This document shows positions 37,276 to 54,092 of a stretch of DNA of 64,000 nucleotides, in pieces. How positions within the stretch are numbered: position 1 is the stretch's first letter; each line of letters begins with the position of its first letter. The stretch is from the NCBI GenBank assembly GCA_964016885.1, contig OZ024741.1:403248001-403312000 (forward strand), written 5' to 3'. The notes beneath the pieces are model-generated. The model ran no database searches and was not told the DNA's origin. It saw only the letters and a list, made by a program, of their open reading frames with translations. The position numbers and the translations under genes are program-made. Origin of the DNA: Eledone cirrhosa (taxonomy: Eukaryota).

Positions 37276-38330
37276 TTTATGTAATATCCCCAATACATAT
37301 TTTTATGCTGGATATTTCTCTTACTCTTCTGCCATAAACCATGAAGTGAACATTCTATCTTTTAGTCTTTTACTAGTTTTTCACCCATTAGGCTGTGGCC
37401 ATGCTGGAGCACTACCTTCGAACGGGTCGATACAATAAAGTACCAGTAATGCACTGGGATAATTGCTGACCTAGTGCCAATAGTATAGGCACCATTTAGT
37501 GTCTTCTCAAATGCTAGTGTCAGAGTCCTGATTCATACAAGTGCTAGGGTCAGAGTAGATATACCTGACTTATACAACACCACTGACTCAACATAGGGGG
37601 ACGTATTACTGTAAAAAGGGAGATAAACGTCGGTAAGGTGTTGTTTGTAACTCTTTCTATTGAAAGTCGAGTTAGTTTAGCTTCATATCACTTCCATCTT
37701 TTAGATGCTAATTCAATTGTAGTTATATCTCTGATTAGCTGAAATACTTTTGACACATTTCTACAAAGCAGACGACGACTTTAGTAGGGTTAAAATGTTT
37801 CAATGGAGTCTACAGAACATTTTCGTTTTTCAAATATAGTTGACCACATTCAAACAAAACAAATATATAAAAATAAAATAAAAAAGCAAAAAAATACATC
37901 AACTACAAAAAAGCATAATAATTATTAAAGGAAAAAAAACATGGCAGTAAGAAAGAAAGACAGAAAGAAAGAAGAAATAAAGAAGAAATATACGGCTTAT
38001 ATTTTATGATTAAAGTGTAGCCAGAAAGAAACATTGGATTAGTAATGTCGCCTTAATTGGCGTTATCTTAGTATAACACTACAATAGTCAAAACTATTAC
38101 ATGGGTAATTTACCACAGAAATATATGATAAAGGTAAAGAAGTATTTATATAAATGTAAATATTTCAAGTCATATATAAACATCAAAGAAATGTTGTCCA
38201 CCATTTTACTAGAGTTATGATAAACAGAACGCCATTATTATTACAATTGACCGATATTGGCTTTCTGTAGCCATTTTTACTATCTTAATCTTATTACTAA
38301 CTTTACTGGTTCCATTTCTCTCTTAACTAG

Positions 38331-38463
<133 letters not shown>

Positions 38464-38984
38464 ATCTATCGCTCTTTCTGTACATACCTTCCATACATAA
38501 TAAATACATACATAGATATACACATGATGAAGATGATGGCAACAAATCAATTTCGAGTAATGCCATCGCTTGATACTCAAACATGAGCTTCACGGATTTG
38601 GCTTTTTAGTCCTGCTAGGGACTTGCCTATGGCCAGCAATACCATACATCGCAAAAAAACAACAACAAACACTGTTGGTAGTGACACAGCTAAGGCCAAC
38701 ACTAAGAGAAAAAGAAAGAAAACTATAGACAAAGATGTGAACTTTTCTCCCTAAATATGTATGTAAAAACATTCCCCCCCCCCCATATTCTTGTTGTTCT
38801 TATTAATATGCAATTAATTGCATTATACACTTCCGTCGTGTGTAAAAGCGTATAAGCTGAAACCGGTACAATTAATGCGGAAATTCCTATTTTGTAAATA
38901 AATGTTTTGATGTTATTCTGAAAGAAAATCTCTTTAGCATTTTCTACTGTTTTTTTTCTATTTTACTATTTTTTATGTATGTCA

Positions 38985-39027
<43 letters not shown>

Positions 39028-39029
<2 letters not shown>

Positions 39030-42000
39030 CCAACCTACCAACCAATCAACCATCAAACCAACCAACCAACCACCCATCCAACCAGCCAGCCAACCACCCA
39101 TCCAACTAACCACACATCCAACCAACCATCCATCCAACCAGCCAAACAACCACCTGTCCAACCAACCAGCCAACCAACCAAACAACCACCCATACAATCA
39201 ACCAACTAACCAACCAACCAACCAACCAAGTAAGCAAGCAACCAACCAAACACCCATCCAACCAACCAACCAGCCAACCAACCACCCAACCACCCATCCA
39301 ACCAACCAGCCAAGCAACCAACCAACCACCCAACCACCCATCCAACGAACCAACCAACCAACCAAACAACCAACCAACCAATCAACCAACCAACCAACCA
39401 ACAACCCATCCAAACAACCAACCAACCAGCCAACCAACCAACCAACCACCCATCCAACTATCCAACCAACCAACCAACCAACCAATCAAACAATCACCCA
39501 TCCAACCAACCAACCAACCACCAATTCAACCATCCAATAAACCAACCAACCAACCACCCATCCAACCAACCAACCAACCAACCAACCAACCAACAATCAA
39601 CCAACCAAACAAGCACCCATCCAACCAACCAACCACCCAATCAACCATCCACCCATCCAACCAACCAACCATCCATCCAACCATCCAACCAACCATCCAA
39701 CCAACCAACCATCCAACCAACCAACCAACCAACCAACCAACCAACCAACCAACCACCCATCCAACCAACCAACCAACCATCCAACCAACCAACCAACCAA
39801 CCACCCAACCAACCAACCAACCAACCACCCATCCAACCAACCAACCAACCACCCATCCAACCAACCAACCACCCATCCAGGCATCCAACCAACCAACCAA
39901 CCAACCAACCAACCACCCATCCAACCAACCAACCAGCCAACCAACCAACCACCCATCCAACCAACAAACCAATAATCCATCCAAACAACCACCCATCCAA
40001 CCAACCAACCACCCATCCAACCATCCAACCAACCAACCAATCAACCAACCAGCCATCCAACCAACCAACCAACCAACCGACCAACCATCCAACCAAACAA
40101 CCAACCAACCAACCAACCAACCACCCATCCAACCAACCAACCAACCAACCAACCAACCAACCACCCATCCAACCAAACACCCAACCAAACAACCAGCCAA
40201 CCAACCAACCACCCATCCAACCAACCAACCACACATCCAACAAACCAACCACCCATCCAGTCATCCAACCATCCAACCAACCATCCAACCAACCAACCAT
40301 CCAACCAACCAACCAACCAACCAACCAACCAACCACCCATCCAACCAACCAACCAACCATCCAACCAACCAACCAACAAACCATCCAACCAACCAACCAA
40401 CCAACCAACCACCCATCCAACCAACCAACCAACCAGCCAACCAACCAACCAACCACCCATCCAACCAACCAACCAACCAACCAACCAACCACCCATCCAA
40501 CCAACCACCCATCCAACCAACAAACCAATAATCCATCCAAACAACCACCCATCCAACCAACCAACCACCCATCCAACCATCCAACCAACCAACCAATCAA
40601 CCAACCACCCATCCAACCAACCAACCAACCAACCAACCGACCAACCATCCAACCAAACAACCAACCAACCACCCATCCAACCAACCAACCAACCAACCAA
40701 CGAACCACCCATCCAACCAAACACCCATCCAACCAAACAACCAGCCAACCAACCAACCACCCATCCAACCAACCAACCAACCAACCAACCAACCAACCAA
40801 CCATCCAACCAACCAACCAATCAACCAACCACCCATCCAACCAACCACCCATCCAACCAACCAACCACCCAACCAAACAACCAACCCCCAACCACCCACC
40901 CAACCAACCAACCAACCACATATCCAACCAACCACCCATCCAACCAACCAAACAACCACCCAACCACCCATCCAAACAACCACCCATCCAACCAACCAAC
41001 CACCCATCCAACCATCCAACCAACCAACCAATCAACCAACCACCCATCCAACCAACCAACCAACCAACCAACCAACCAACCGACCAACCATCCAACCAAA
41101 CAACCAACCAACCAACCAACAAACCACCCATCCAACCATCCAACCACCCATCCAACCAACCAACCAACCAACCAACCATCCAACCAACCAACCAACCAAC
41201 CACCCATCCAACCAACCAACCACACATCCAACAATCAACCACCCATCCAGTCATCCAACCAACCAACCAACCACCCATCCAACCAACCAACCAACCAACC
41301 AACCAACCATCCAACCAACCAACCAATCAACCAACCACCCATCCAACCAACCACCCATCCAACCAACCAACCACCCAACCAAACAACCAACCACCAACCA
41401 CCCACCCAACCAACCAACCAACCACATATCCAACCAACCACCCATCCAACCAACCAAACAACCACCCAACCACCCATCCAACCAACCACCCATCCAACCA
41501 ACCAACCAGCCAACCAACCACCCATCCAACCAACGACCCATCCATCCAACCAACCAGCCAACCAGCCAACCAACCACCCATCGATCAATCCAACCAACCA
41601 ACCAACCAACCAACCAACCAACCAACCAACCAACCAACCAACCAACCAACCAACCAACCAGCCAACCAACCAACCAACCACCCATCCAACCATCCAACCA
41701 ACCAACCAACCAACCAACCACCCATCCAACCAACCAACGAACCATCCAACCAACCAACCACCCATCCAACCAACCAATCAACCAACCACCCATCCAACCA
41801 ACCAACCAACCGACCAACTACCCATCCAACCAACTAACCAACCAACCACGTATCCAACCAACCACCCATCCAACCAACCAACCAGCCAACCAACCAACCA
41901 ACCACCCATCCAACCATCCAACCAACCAATCAACCAACCAACTAACCACCCATCCAACCAACCACCCAACAACCCATCCAACCAACCAACCACCCAACCA

Positions 42001-45000
42001 CCCATCCAACCAACCAGCCAAGCAACCAACCAACCACCCAACCACCCATCCAACGAACCAACCAACCAACCAAACAACCAACCAACCAATCAACCAACCA
42101 ACCAACCAAAAACCCATCCAAACAACCAACCAACCAGCCAACCAACCAACCACCCATCCAACTATCCAACCAACCAACCAACCAACCAATCAAACAATCA
42201 GCCATCCAACCAACCAACCAACCACCAATTCAACCATCCAATAAACCAACCAACCAACCACCCATCCAACCAACCAACCAACCAACCAACCAACCAACAA
42301 TCAACCAACCAACCAAACAAGCACCCATCCAACCAACCAACCACCCAATCAACCATCCACCCATCCAACCAACCAACCATCCATCCAACCATCCAACCAA
42401 CCATCCAACCAACCAACCATCCAACCAACCAACCAACCAACCAACCAACCAACCAACCAACCAACAATCAACCAACCAACCAAACAAGCACCCATCCAAC
42501 CAACCAACCACCCAATCAACCATCCACCCATCCAACCAACCAACCATCCATCCAACCATCCAACCAACCATCCAACCAACCAACCATCCAACCAACCAAC
42601 CATCCAACCAACCAACCAACCAACCAACCAACCAACCAACCAACCAACCAACCAACCACCCATCCAACCAACCAACCAACCACCCATCCAACCAACCAAC
42701 CAGCCAACCAACCAACCAACCAGCCATCCAACCAACCAACCACCCATCCAGGCATCCAACCAACCAACCAACCAACCAACCAACCAACCAACCAACCAAC
42801 CACCCATCCAACCAACCAACTAGCCAACCAACCAACCACCCATCCAACCAACAAACCAATAATCCATCCAAACAACCACCCATCCAACCAACCAACCACC
42901 CATCCAACCATCCAACCAACCAACCAATCAACCAACCACCCATCCAACCAACCAACCAACCAACCGACCAACCAACCAACCAACCACCCATCCAACCAAC
43001 CAACCAACCAACCAACCACCCATCCAACCAAACACCCATCCAACCAAACAACCAGCCAACCAACCAACCAACCACCCATCCAACCAACCAACCACACATC
43101 CAACAAACCAACCACCCATCCAGTCATCCAACCAACCAACCAACCACCCATCCAACCAACCAGCCAACCAACCAAGCAACCAACCACCCATCCAACCATC
43201 CAACCAACCAATCAACCAACCAACTAACCACCCATCCAACCAACCACCCAACAACCCATCGAACCAACCAACCACCCAACCACCCATCCAACCAACCAGC
43301 CAAGCAACCAAGCAACCACCCAACCACCCATCCAACGAACCAACCAACCAACCAAACAACCAACCAACCAATCAACCAACCAACCAACCAACAACCCATC
43401 CAAACAACCAACCAACCAGCCAACCAACCAACCAACCACCCATCCAACTATCCAACCAACCAACCAACCAACCAATCAAACAATCACCCATCCAACCAAC
43501 CAACCAACCACCAATTCAACCATCCAATAAACCAACCAACCAACCACCCATCCAACCAACCAACCAACCAACCAACCAACCAACCAACAATCAACCAACC
43601 AACCAAACAAGCACCCAACCAACCAACCACCCAATCAACCATCCACCCATCCAACCAACCAACCATCCATCCAACCATCCAACCAACCATCCAACCAACC
43701 AACCATCCAACCAACCAACCAACCAACCAACCAACCAACCAACCAACCAACCACCCATCCAAACAACCAACCAACCAACCATCCAACCAACCAACCAACA
43801 AACCATCCAACCAACCAACCAACCAACCACCCATCCAACCAACCAACCAACCAGCCAACCAACCAACCAACCAGCCATCCAACCAACCAACCACCCATCC
43901 AGGCATCCAACCAACCAACCAACCAACCAACCAACCAACCAACCACCCATCCAACCAACCAACCAGCCAACCAACCAACCAACCACCCATCCAACTATCC
44001 AACCAACCAACCAACCAACCAATCAAACAATCACTCATCCAACCAACCAACCAACCACCAATTCAACCATCCAATAAACCAACCAACCAACCACCCATCC
44101 AACCAACCAACCAACCAACCAACCAACCAACAATCAACCAACCAACCAAACAAGCACCCATCCAACGAACCAACCACCCAATCAACCATCCACCCATCCA
44201 ACCAACCAACCATCCATCCAACCATCCAACCAACCATCCAACCAACCAACCATCCAACCAACCAACCAACCAACCAACCAACCAACCAACCGACCAACCA
44301 TCCAACCAAACAACCAACCAACCAACAAACCACCCATCCAACCAACCAACCAACCAACCAACCACCCATCCAACCAAACACCCATCCAACCAAACAACCA
44401 GCCAACCAACCAACCAACCACCCATCCAACCAACCAACCACACATCCAACAACCAACCACCCATCCAGTCATCCAACCAACCAACCAACCACCCATCCAA
44501 CCAACCAACCAACCAACCAACCAACCAACCAACCAACCAACCAACCAACCAACCAACCAACCAACCAACCAACCAACCATCCAACCAACCAACCACCCAA
44601 CCAAACAACCAACCCCTAACCACCCACCCAACCAACCAACCACATATCCAACCAACCACCCATCCAACCAACCAAACAACCACCCAACCACCCATCCAAA
44701 CAACCACCCATCCAACCAACCAACCACCCATCCAACCATCCAACCAACCAACCAATCAACCAACCACCCATCCAACCAACCAACCAACCAACCAACCGAC
44801 CAACCATCCAACCAAACAACCAACCACCCAATCAACCATCCACCCATCCAACCAACCAACCACACATCCAACAAACCAACCACCCATCCAGTCATCCAAC
44901 CAACCAACCAACCACCCATCCAACCAACCAACCATCCAACCACCCAACCAAACAACCAACCCCCAACCACCCACCCAACCAACCAACCAACCACATATCC

Positions 45001-48000
45001 AACCAACCACCCATCCAACCAACCAAACAACCACCCAACCACCCATCCAAACAACCACCCATCCAACCAACCAACCAACCAACCACCCATCCAACCAACC
45101 AAACAACCACCCAACCACCCATCCAACCAACCACCCATCCAACCAACCAACCAGCCAACCAACCACCCATCCAACCAACGACCCATCCATCCAACCAACC
45201 AGCCAACCAACCAACCACCCATCGATCAATCCAACCAACCAACCAACCAACCAACCAACCAACCAACCAGCCAACCAACCAACCAACCACCCATCCAACC
45301 ATCCAACCAACCAACCAACCAACCAACCAACCAACCAACCAACCACCCATCCAACCAACCAACGAACCATCCAACCAACCAACCACCCATCCAACCAACC
45401 AATCAACCAACCACCCATCCAACCAACCAACCAACCGACCAACCATCCAACCAACCAACCAACCAACTACCCATCCAACCAACTAACCAACCAACCACGT
45501 ATCCAACCAACCACCCATCCAACCAACCAACCAGCCAACCAACCACCCATCCAACCATCCAACCAACCAACCAACCAACTAACCACCCATCCAACCAACC
45601 ACCCAACAACCCATCCAACCAACCAACCAACCAACCAACCACCCATCCAACCAACCAACCAGCCAACCAGCCACTGAGCCTCCCATCCAACCAACCAACA
45701 TACCAACCACCCATCCAACCAACCAGCCAACCAGCCACCGAGCCTCCCATCCAACCAACCAACATACCAACCACCCATCCAACCAACCAGCCAACCAACG
45801 ACCCATCAACCCATCCAACCAACCAACCAGCCAACCAACCAACTAACCACCCATCCAACCAACCAACCAGCCAACCATCCACCCAACCACCCATCCAACA
45901 AACCAACCAGCCAACCAACCATCCATACAACCAACGTATCAACCAACCATCCAACTATCCAACCATCCAACCTACCATACAACCAGCCTACCAACCAACC
46001 ATCCAACCATCCAAACAACCAGCCAACCTACCAACTATTCAACCATGCAACCAACCATCCATACAAACAACTAACCAACCAACCAGCCAACCAGTCAACC
46101 AACCACCCATCCAAGCAGCCAAGCAAGCAACCAACCAACGAACCAGCCAACCAACCAACCAATCAACCAACCACCCATCCAACTTACCAATCAGCCAACC
46201 AACCAACCACCCAACCACCCATCCAACCAACCAACCAACCACCCATCCAACCAACCACCCATCCAACCACCCATCCAACCAACCAACCAACCAACCAACT
46301 AACCACCCATCCAACCAACCAACCAACCAACCAACCAACCAACCAACCAACCAACCACCCATCCAACCAACCAACCAACCATCCAACCAACCAACCAACA
46401 AACCATCCAACCAACCAACCAACCAACCACCCATCCAACCAACCAACCAACCAGCCAACCAACCAACCAACCAGCCATCCAACCAATCAACCACCCATCC
46501 AGGCATCCAACCAACCAACCAACCAACCAACCAACCAACCAACTAACCAACCAACCAACCACCCATCCAACCAACCAACCAGCCAACCAACCAACCACCC
46601 ATCCAACCAACAAACCAATAATCCATACAAACAACCACCCATCCAACCAACCAACCACCCATCCAACCATCCAACCAACCAACCAATCAACCAACCACCC
46701 ATCCAACCAACCAACCAACCAACCAACCAACCAACCGACCCACCATCCAACCAAACAACCAACCAACCAACCAACCAACCACCCATCCAACCAACCAACC
46801 AACCAACCAACCACCCATCCAACCAAACACCCATCCAACCAAACAACCAGCCAACCAACCAACCAACCACCCATCCAACCAACCACACATCCAACAAACC
46901 AACCACCCATCCAGTCATCCAACCAACCAACCAACCACCCATCCAACCAACCAACCAACCAACCAACCATCCAACCAACCAACCAATCAACCAACCACCC
47001 ATCCAACCAACCACCCATCCAACCAACCAACCACCCACCCAACCAACCAACCAACCACATATCCAACCAACCACCCATCCAACCAACCAAACAACCACCC
47101 AACCACCCATCCAAACAACCACCCATCCAACCAACCAACCACCCATCCAACCATCCAACCATCCAACCAAACAACCAACCACCCAATCAACCATCCACCC
47201 ATCCAACCAACCAACCACACATCCAACAAACCAACCACCCATCCAGTCATCCAACCAACCAACCAACCACCCATCCAACCAACCAACCAACCAACCATCC
47301 AACCAACCAACCAATCAACCAACCACCCATCCAACCAACCACCCATCCAACCAACCAACCACCCAACCAAACAACCAACCCCCAACCACCCACCCAACCA
47401 ACCAACCAACCACATATCCAACCAACCACCCATCCAACCAACCAAACAACCACCCAACCACCCATCCAACCGACCACCCATCCAACCAACCAACCAGCCA
47501 ACCAACCACCCATCCAACCGACGACCCATCCATCCAACCAACCAGCCAACCAACCAACCAACCAACCACCCATCGATCAATCCAACCAACCAACCAACCA
47601 ACCAACCAACCAACCAACCAACCAACCAACCAACCAGCCAACCAACCAACCAACCACCCATCCAACCATCCAACCAACCAACCAACCAACCAACCAACCA
47701 CCCATCCAACCAACCAACGAACCATCCAACCAACCAACCACCCATCCAACCAACCAATCAACCAACCACCCATCCAACCAACCAACCAACCGACCAACCA
47801 TCCAACCAGCCAACCAACCAACCAACTACCCATCCAACTAACTAACCAACCAACCACGTATCCAACCAACCACCCATCCAACCAACCAACCAGCCAACCA
47901 ACCACCCATCCAACCATCCAACCAACCAACCAACCAACTAACCACCCATCCAACCAACCACCCAACAACCCATCCAACCAACCAACCAACCAACCACCCA

Positions 48001-49712
48001 TCCAACCAACCAGCCAACCAGCCACCGAGCCTCCCATCCAACCAACCAACACACCAACCACCCATCCAACCAACCAGCCAACCAACGACCCATCAACCCA
48101 TCCAACCAACCAACCAGCCAACCAACCAACTAACCACCCATCCAACCAACCAACCAGCCAACCATCCACCCAACCACCCATCCAACAAACCAACCAGCCA
48201 ACCAACCATCCATACAACCAACGTATCAACCAACCATCCAACTATCCAACCATCCAACCTACCATACAACCAGCCTACCAACCAACCATCCAACCATCCA
48301 AACAACCAGCCAACCTACCAACTATTCAACCATGCAACCAACCATCCATACAAACAACTAACCAACCAACCAGCCAACCAGTCAACCAACCACCCAGCCA
48401 ACCAGCCAAGCAAGCAACCAACCAACTAACCAGCCAACCAACCAACCAATCAACCAACCACCCATCCAACTTACCAATCAGCCAACCAACCAACCAACCA
48501 CCCAACCACCCATCCAACCAACCAACCAACCACCCATCCAACCAACCACCCATCCAACCACCCATCCAACCAACGACCCATCCAACCAACCAACCAGCCA
48601 ACCAACCAACCAACCACCCATCTATCCATCCAACCATCCAACCAACCAACCACCCATCCATCCAACCAACCAGCCAACCAACCAACCACCCATCCAACCA
48701 TCCAACCAACCAACCAACCACCCATCCAACCAACCAACCAACCATCCATCCAACCAACCAACCACCCATCCAACCATCCACCCATCCAACCAACCAACCA
48801 ACCGACCAACCATCCAACCAACCAACCAACCAACCAACCAACCACCCATCCAACCAACCAACCAACCACGTATCCAACCAACCACCCATCCAACCAACCA
48901 ACCAGCCAACCAACCAACCAACCACCCATCCAACCATCCAACCAATCAACCAACCAACCAACCAACCACCCATCCAACGAACAATCCAACCAACCACCCA
49001 TCCAACCAACCATCCAAAAACCCATCCAACCAACCAACCAACCAGCCAACCAACCACCCATCCAACCAACCAACCAGGCAACCAACCACCCAGCCACCCA
49101 TCCAACAAACCAACATACCAACCACCCATCCAACCAACCAGCCAACCAACGACCCATCCACCCATCCAACCAACCAACCACCCATCCAACCAACCAACCA
49201 GCCAACCATCCACCCAACCACCCATCCAACAAACCAACCAGCCAACCAACCATCCATACAACCAACGTACCAACCAACAATCCAACTATCCAACCATCCA
49301 AACTACCATACAACCAGCCTACCAACCAACCATCCAACCATCCAAACAACCAGCCAACCTACCAACTATTCAACCATCCAACCAACCATCCATACAAACA
49401 ACTAACCAACCAACCAGCCAACCAGTCAACCAACCAACCAGCCAACCAGCCAAGCAACCAACCAACCAACCAACCAGCCAACCAGCCAACCAGCCAACCA
49501 ACCAACCAACCAGCCAACCAGCCAACCAGCCAATCAACCAACCAACCATCCAACCAACCAACCAACCAACCAACCAACCAACCAACCAACCAACCAACCA
49601 GACAACCAGCCAAGCAACCAACCAAGCAACCAACCAGCCAACCAGCCAACCAGCCAACCAACCAACCAACCAACCAACAAACCAGCCAACCAACCAATTA
49701 ACAAACCAAACC
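39028..49712. repeat. 10.7 kb complex (CCAA)n-based satellite with ccac-ccat and ccag variants and segmental higher-order duplications
   Basis: Tetramer phase is kept throughout; rare landmarks recur (tcgatcaatcc at 41581, 45222, 47573; ccaggcatcc at ~39877, 42748, 43899, 46499). Confidence 0.98.
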
Positions 49713-50339
49713 AGTTACTGATGATTAAGTCGCGATATTTTACTGTCGGGGTTTATATTACTTGAAGGCGTCCGATTAAAAGTAAATTTCCTGGAATATA
49801 TTTGATAGTGTGACTTATTACATGAAATGTTAGCCAGATATTTGGTCGTCTGCTAACTGTTTTTTGCTTCATTGCGTTTTATATATTCTTTTTCTCATTC
49901 AATATTTGTTCTAGTTGATCTATTCACAGAAAAAAATAACAATAAATTTGATAAAAAACTGCAAGAAATAAAAACTATGTAAATAATATAAAACTAGTGA
50001 AAAATAAAACTAGTAAGTGAAGCAGAAGGTGATATTAAAGTTGCAGCCGACAACAAATTGAGGCGCCTCTCTTGTCATTTTTTACAGTTTGTATCTGAAA
50101 TTAATATTTTCTATCGCCTCACTTTTATAAAGAAAATGTGTTAAATCGTGTTAGTAACAACCTGGTATTGTTAAATCTAGGAAGTGACAAGAAAATATGT
50201 TAATAGGGAAGTGGTTAAGAAGTTTACCTGGCGGTAACATGGCGCAGGGTTCGATCCTATTTTACAATACATTGTGAAGGGCAATTAGTAGATAGATATA
50301 GTGCAAAATACCTTTATAGAAACATATTATTTTACTGAA

Positions 50340-50550
50340 TTCTTGGCACTATCGGTAGAGCGTCGGACATGCTTTGCAACATAAAGTTACGTCCCTTTAC
50401 ATTTTGAGTTCAAATCCCACCGAGGTCAACTTTATCTTTCACCCTTTCGCGGTCGATGAAATAAATACCAGTAACACACTGGGGTCGATTTAATCAACTT
50501 GCCCCTTCCTCCAAATCGATGGCTTTCTGCCTAAATCAGGAACTATTATA
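50340..50550 (+). mobile_element. Main SINE copy
   Basis: Head, B box, core and tail. Confidence 0.88.
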
Positions 50551-50706
50551 CTGAATTCTGGAGTGAGACTGTGACTACGCGGTGGGACTGCAATAAAGGA
50601 AATTAAGTGAATGTTGCCTCATTAAATATTTTTTGAAGTCCTTACTGAATTTATTGATCTTTTTTTTTATAGAATCTCCAAATGATCGGATATAAACAGT
50701 AACCCT

Positions 50707-50868
<162 letters not shown>

Positions 50869-50954
50869 CATATATTTAGTACAATGGGCTTCCACGCAGT
50901 CTTTACCAAATATCACCCACAAGTCAAGGGAGACACAATAGAGGAAGGTTTGCT

Positions 50955-51215
50955 CGAACCTTCACCAATCAACTCTCAGACGATACAAACCTCAGTAGGG
51001 AACAGTTGCCTGGAGCAAAGGAAAGTAGTGAATTATGGAGAGACTTTGTGAGGAATGTTCAACTGTGTTGGCAATGATGATGTTGATGATATCTTAGACG
51101 ATACAAACCTCAGTAGGGGGCAGTTACCAGGAGAAATAGAAAATCGGGAATTATGGAGAAACTTTGTGAGGAATGTTCAACTGTGATGATGATGATGTTG
51201 ATGATATCTTAGACG
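50955..51215 (+). pseudogene. RTE-type LINE 3' end, tandemly duplicated (~118 bp), with (GAT)n tail
   Basis: TFTNQLSDDTNLSREQLPGAKESSELWRDFVRNVQL followed by gatgatgttgatgat, present twice. Confidence 0.7.
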
Positions 51216-51419
51216 AAGACGAAGTAAACAATTCTTCTAATTTGCTAAAACTGAGCTCAAGTGAAAACTAATCTAAGTTTAGTCACATTCGTAATCTGCC
51301 ATTCGACAATCTTCAGCAAATTGCTCTGATAAATATTATCCCGAGCTTCATTGAAGGAGACATCGTTGGCAGTGAGCTGATGATGTAAAACAATTGGTGA
51401 GTCAATATATAGAGAAATT

Positions 51420-51850
51420 GCTGAGAAATGTCCTTGACTAGTCACAGTAAAGAGTGCTTGTCAAGAAGGTCACCAGGTGCTTGCTGAGGAATGTCCTTGA
51501 CTGGTCACAGGGATGAGTGCTTGTCAAGGAGGTCACCAGGTACTTACTGAGGATGAGGAATGTCCTTGACTAGTCACAGTGATGAGTGCTTGTTAGGGTA
51601 GAAACCAGGTACTTGCTAAGGAATGTCCTTGAATGGTCACAGTGATGAGTGCTTGTCAGGCAGGTCACCAGGCGCCAGGCTGAAAAATGTCCCTAACTGA
51701 TCACACTGGCAAATTGTTGTCATGGGGCTCTCCTGGTACCTGCTGATTAATGTCCCAAATTGATCACATGGACAGGATGTTTTTGAGGAAGTTCACCAGG
51801 GACCTGTTAATAAATGTCCCAGATGGGTCACAGTGATAAGTTCTTGCTAG
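51420..51850. repeat. 63-64 bp degenerate minisatellite, about 7 copies
   Basis: atgtcc at 51428, 51491, 51560, 51623, 51687, 51750, 51814. Confidence 0.85.
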
Positions 51851-52577
51851 GGATATCAGCGGGGATCATTCACCACCTTGATGACACAAGCAGCATAAGA
51901 CGGTTTATATTTAAAAAATGCAGTTTTTTCCTTACATATATATTGCAGCATTTAATTTTACGAAGAAGCCTCTACCTGGTCGGTGGACCTTCTAGAAATA
52001 GCAGCCAAATCTCCATAAAATTCCAACCCAATTAAAACCAATTCAATCCAATCCAGAGCCCTTCTCATTCCTGCTGGAGGAACCCCTCTTGGTTTTGGCC
52101 ATGTCAGGGGTGTAACCGTACTCACAAAGCTTGGATAATTACAGGTTTGTGCGGCTATTTAACATTAACCCAATTTCTCATAAATGGACAGGTGGAGACG
52201 TTGTAAAAGTTCCCGAGGAGGTAAAACATCTCTTGATATAACCTTTACACGGGTTAGATTTATTCCAATGAAACAGAATTAATGAAAAACACAAGAACAA
52301 TGAAAGCAATGCCCATGATATTTTACACGTTCTATTTCAGTATTAAGCTACATCCAATAGAACATGGCGGATAAGAAGATACAAACCACAGGTGACATGA
52401 AACCAATTCAGGAACGGATTTCCATTCCCGGTTGATTCCCTTTATTTATGCCAATAATATCACTTGGAATAGGAATAAAAAAAAAATATATTTTTCTATT
52501 TCTCCCTCTCCTATACTGATACTGTCTTTTTATCTCCCTCCCTCCTTCTCTCACCTCTCTCTCTCTCTCTCTCTCAA

Positions 52578-52673
<96 letters not shown>

Positions 52674-53049
52674 GTTCTGCCAGACATTAAGTTTTCCACT
52701 TACCTGATATAAATAGAGAGAGATAGAGAGATATATACTTCAGAGTTAGTTTCATTTATTTCATACATCTTATCTTCTTCATTTCAACTATTATAGTTTG
52801 TTCTTTAGAAAAGACGATAAAAAACTATATAAACATCCAGTCGAAACAATTCTCTAAATTGAAGACCGCGAGTGTTATTCTCTACACTTTCTCCTACTTG
52901 AAATAAAAGGTTGTGACCGTGCCAACTGTTGCTATTATATGAATACAATTATTTTATCTTATGCACAGCCAAAACCTCTTCTTTTCTGAACTCAACATGT
53001 AACATTTGACCACTATTCTTTCATCACCTTTTTCTGTTCATATTAAGAT

Positions 53050-53460
<411 letters not shown>

Positions 53461-53824
53461 TAATTTCTGTTTTATTTAAATGTTTTCTGCGAAAAATCTC
53501 CAGTTCCCATTAATCTAACATCAATAAATGTAGGATAAGATATTGATTTTTTTTACATTCTCTTTTTTGAGTGAAATCTGGAACATTCTGATCACCATAA
53601 AGCTACATACAACCTCAACGTGAAATAATGCAATCCATTCTACCATTTTCAAAGACACTAAAGAGGAATTGAGGTCTTAAGATTGTAGATCGGTGGAATT
53701 AGTACTATTGTTGATAACATACCTTGTGGTATTTCCTTATGTCCCTCTGCATTCTAAGTTCAAATCTTGGTGAAGTCAACTTTATCTTCCTCCTTTCTAG
53801 ATTAGATATAATAGGTATCAGTAA

Positions 53825-54092
53825 AATGGCTTAATGTTTAGTATGTTGGTCTTAGGATCTTAATGATCTCGGTTCGATTCCTGCATTGTTTTCTTGAGTA
53901 AAATACTTTATTTCATGTTGTTCCAGTTTCATGTTGTTCCAGTATACTCAGCTGAGAATGAGTACTGGAGAGCTAATCGTTCAATTGACCGGCGTTTTGT
54001 CCAAGGGTATGTTGTACTTTCAATCGCTTAACTCCAAGAAAACCGTGAATTCTCACCAGCCTGATGAGGTTTCGGGTTAGAACAGACTTTAA
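53825..54092 (+). mobile_element. Second tRNA-derived SINE family, diverged full copy
   Basis: tggcttaatgtttag A box, ggttcgattcc B box, ttcttgagtaaaatacttt...actcagctgagaatgagtac. Confidence 0.7.

Noticed and set aside
38510-38760. Unique island with short open frames on both strands
   Set aside because: Strand and frame ambiguous; no motif
38982-49697. Dozens of GWLV-rich minus-strand ORFs
   Set aside because: Translation of (TTGG)n; all frames give the same peptide
52180-52470. Minus-strand WFHVTC (PHD-like) peptide and VISRDVLPPRELL segment
   Set aside because: Other PHD cysteines are absent and frames are interrupted by stops
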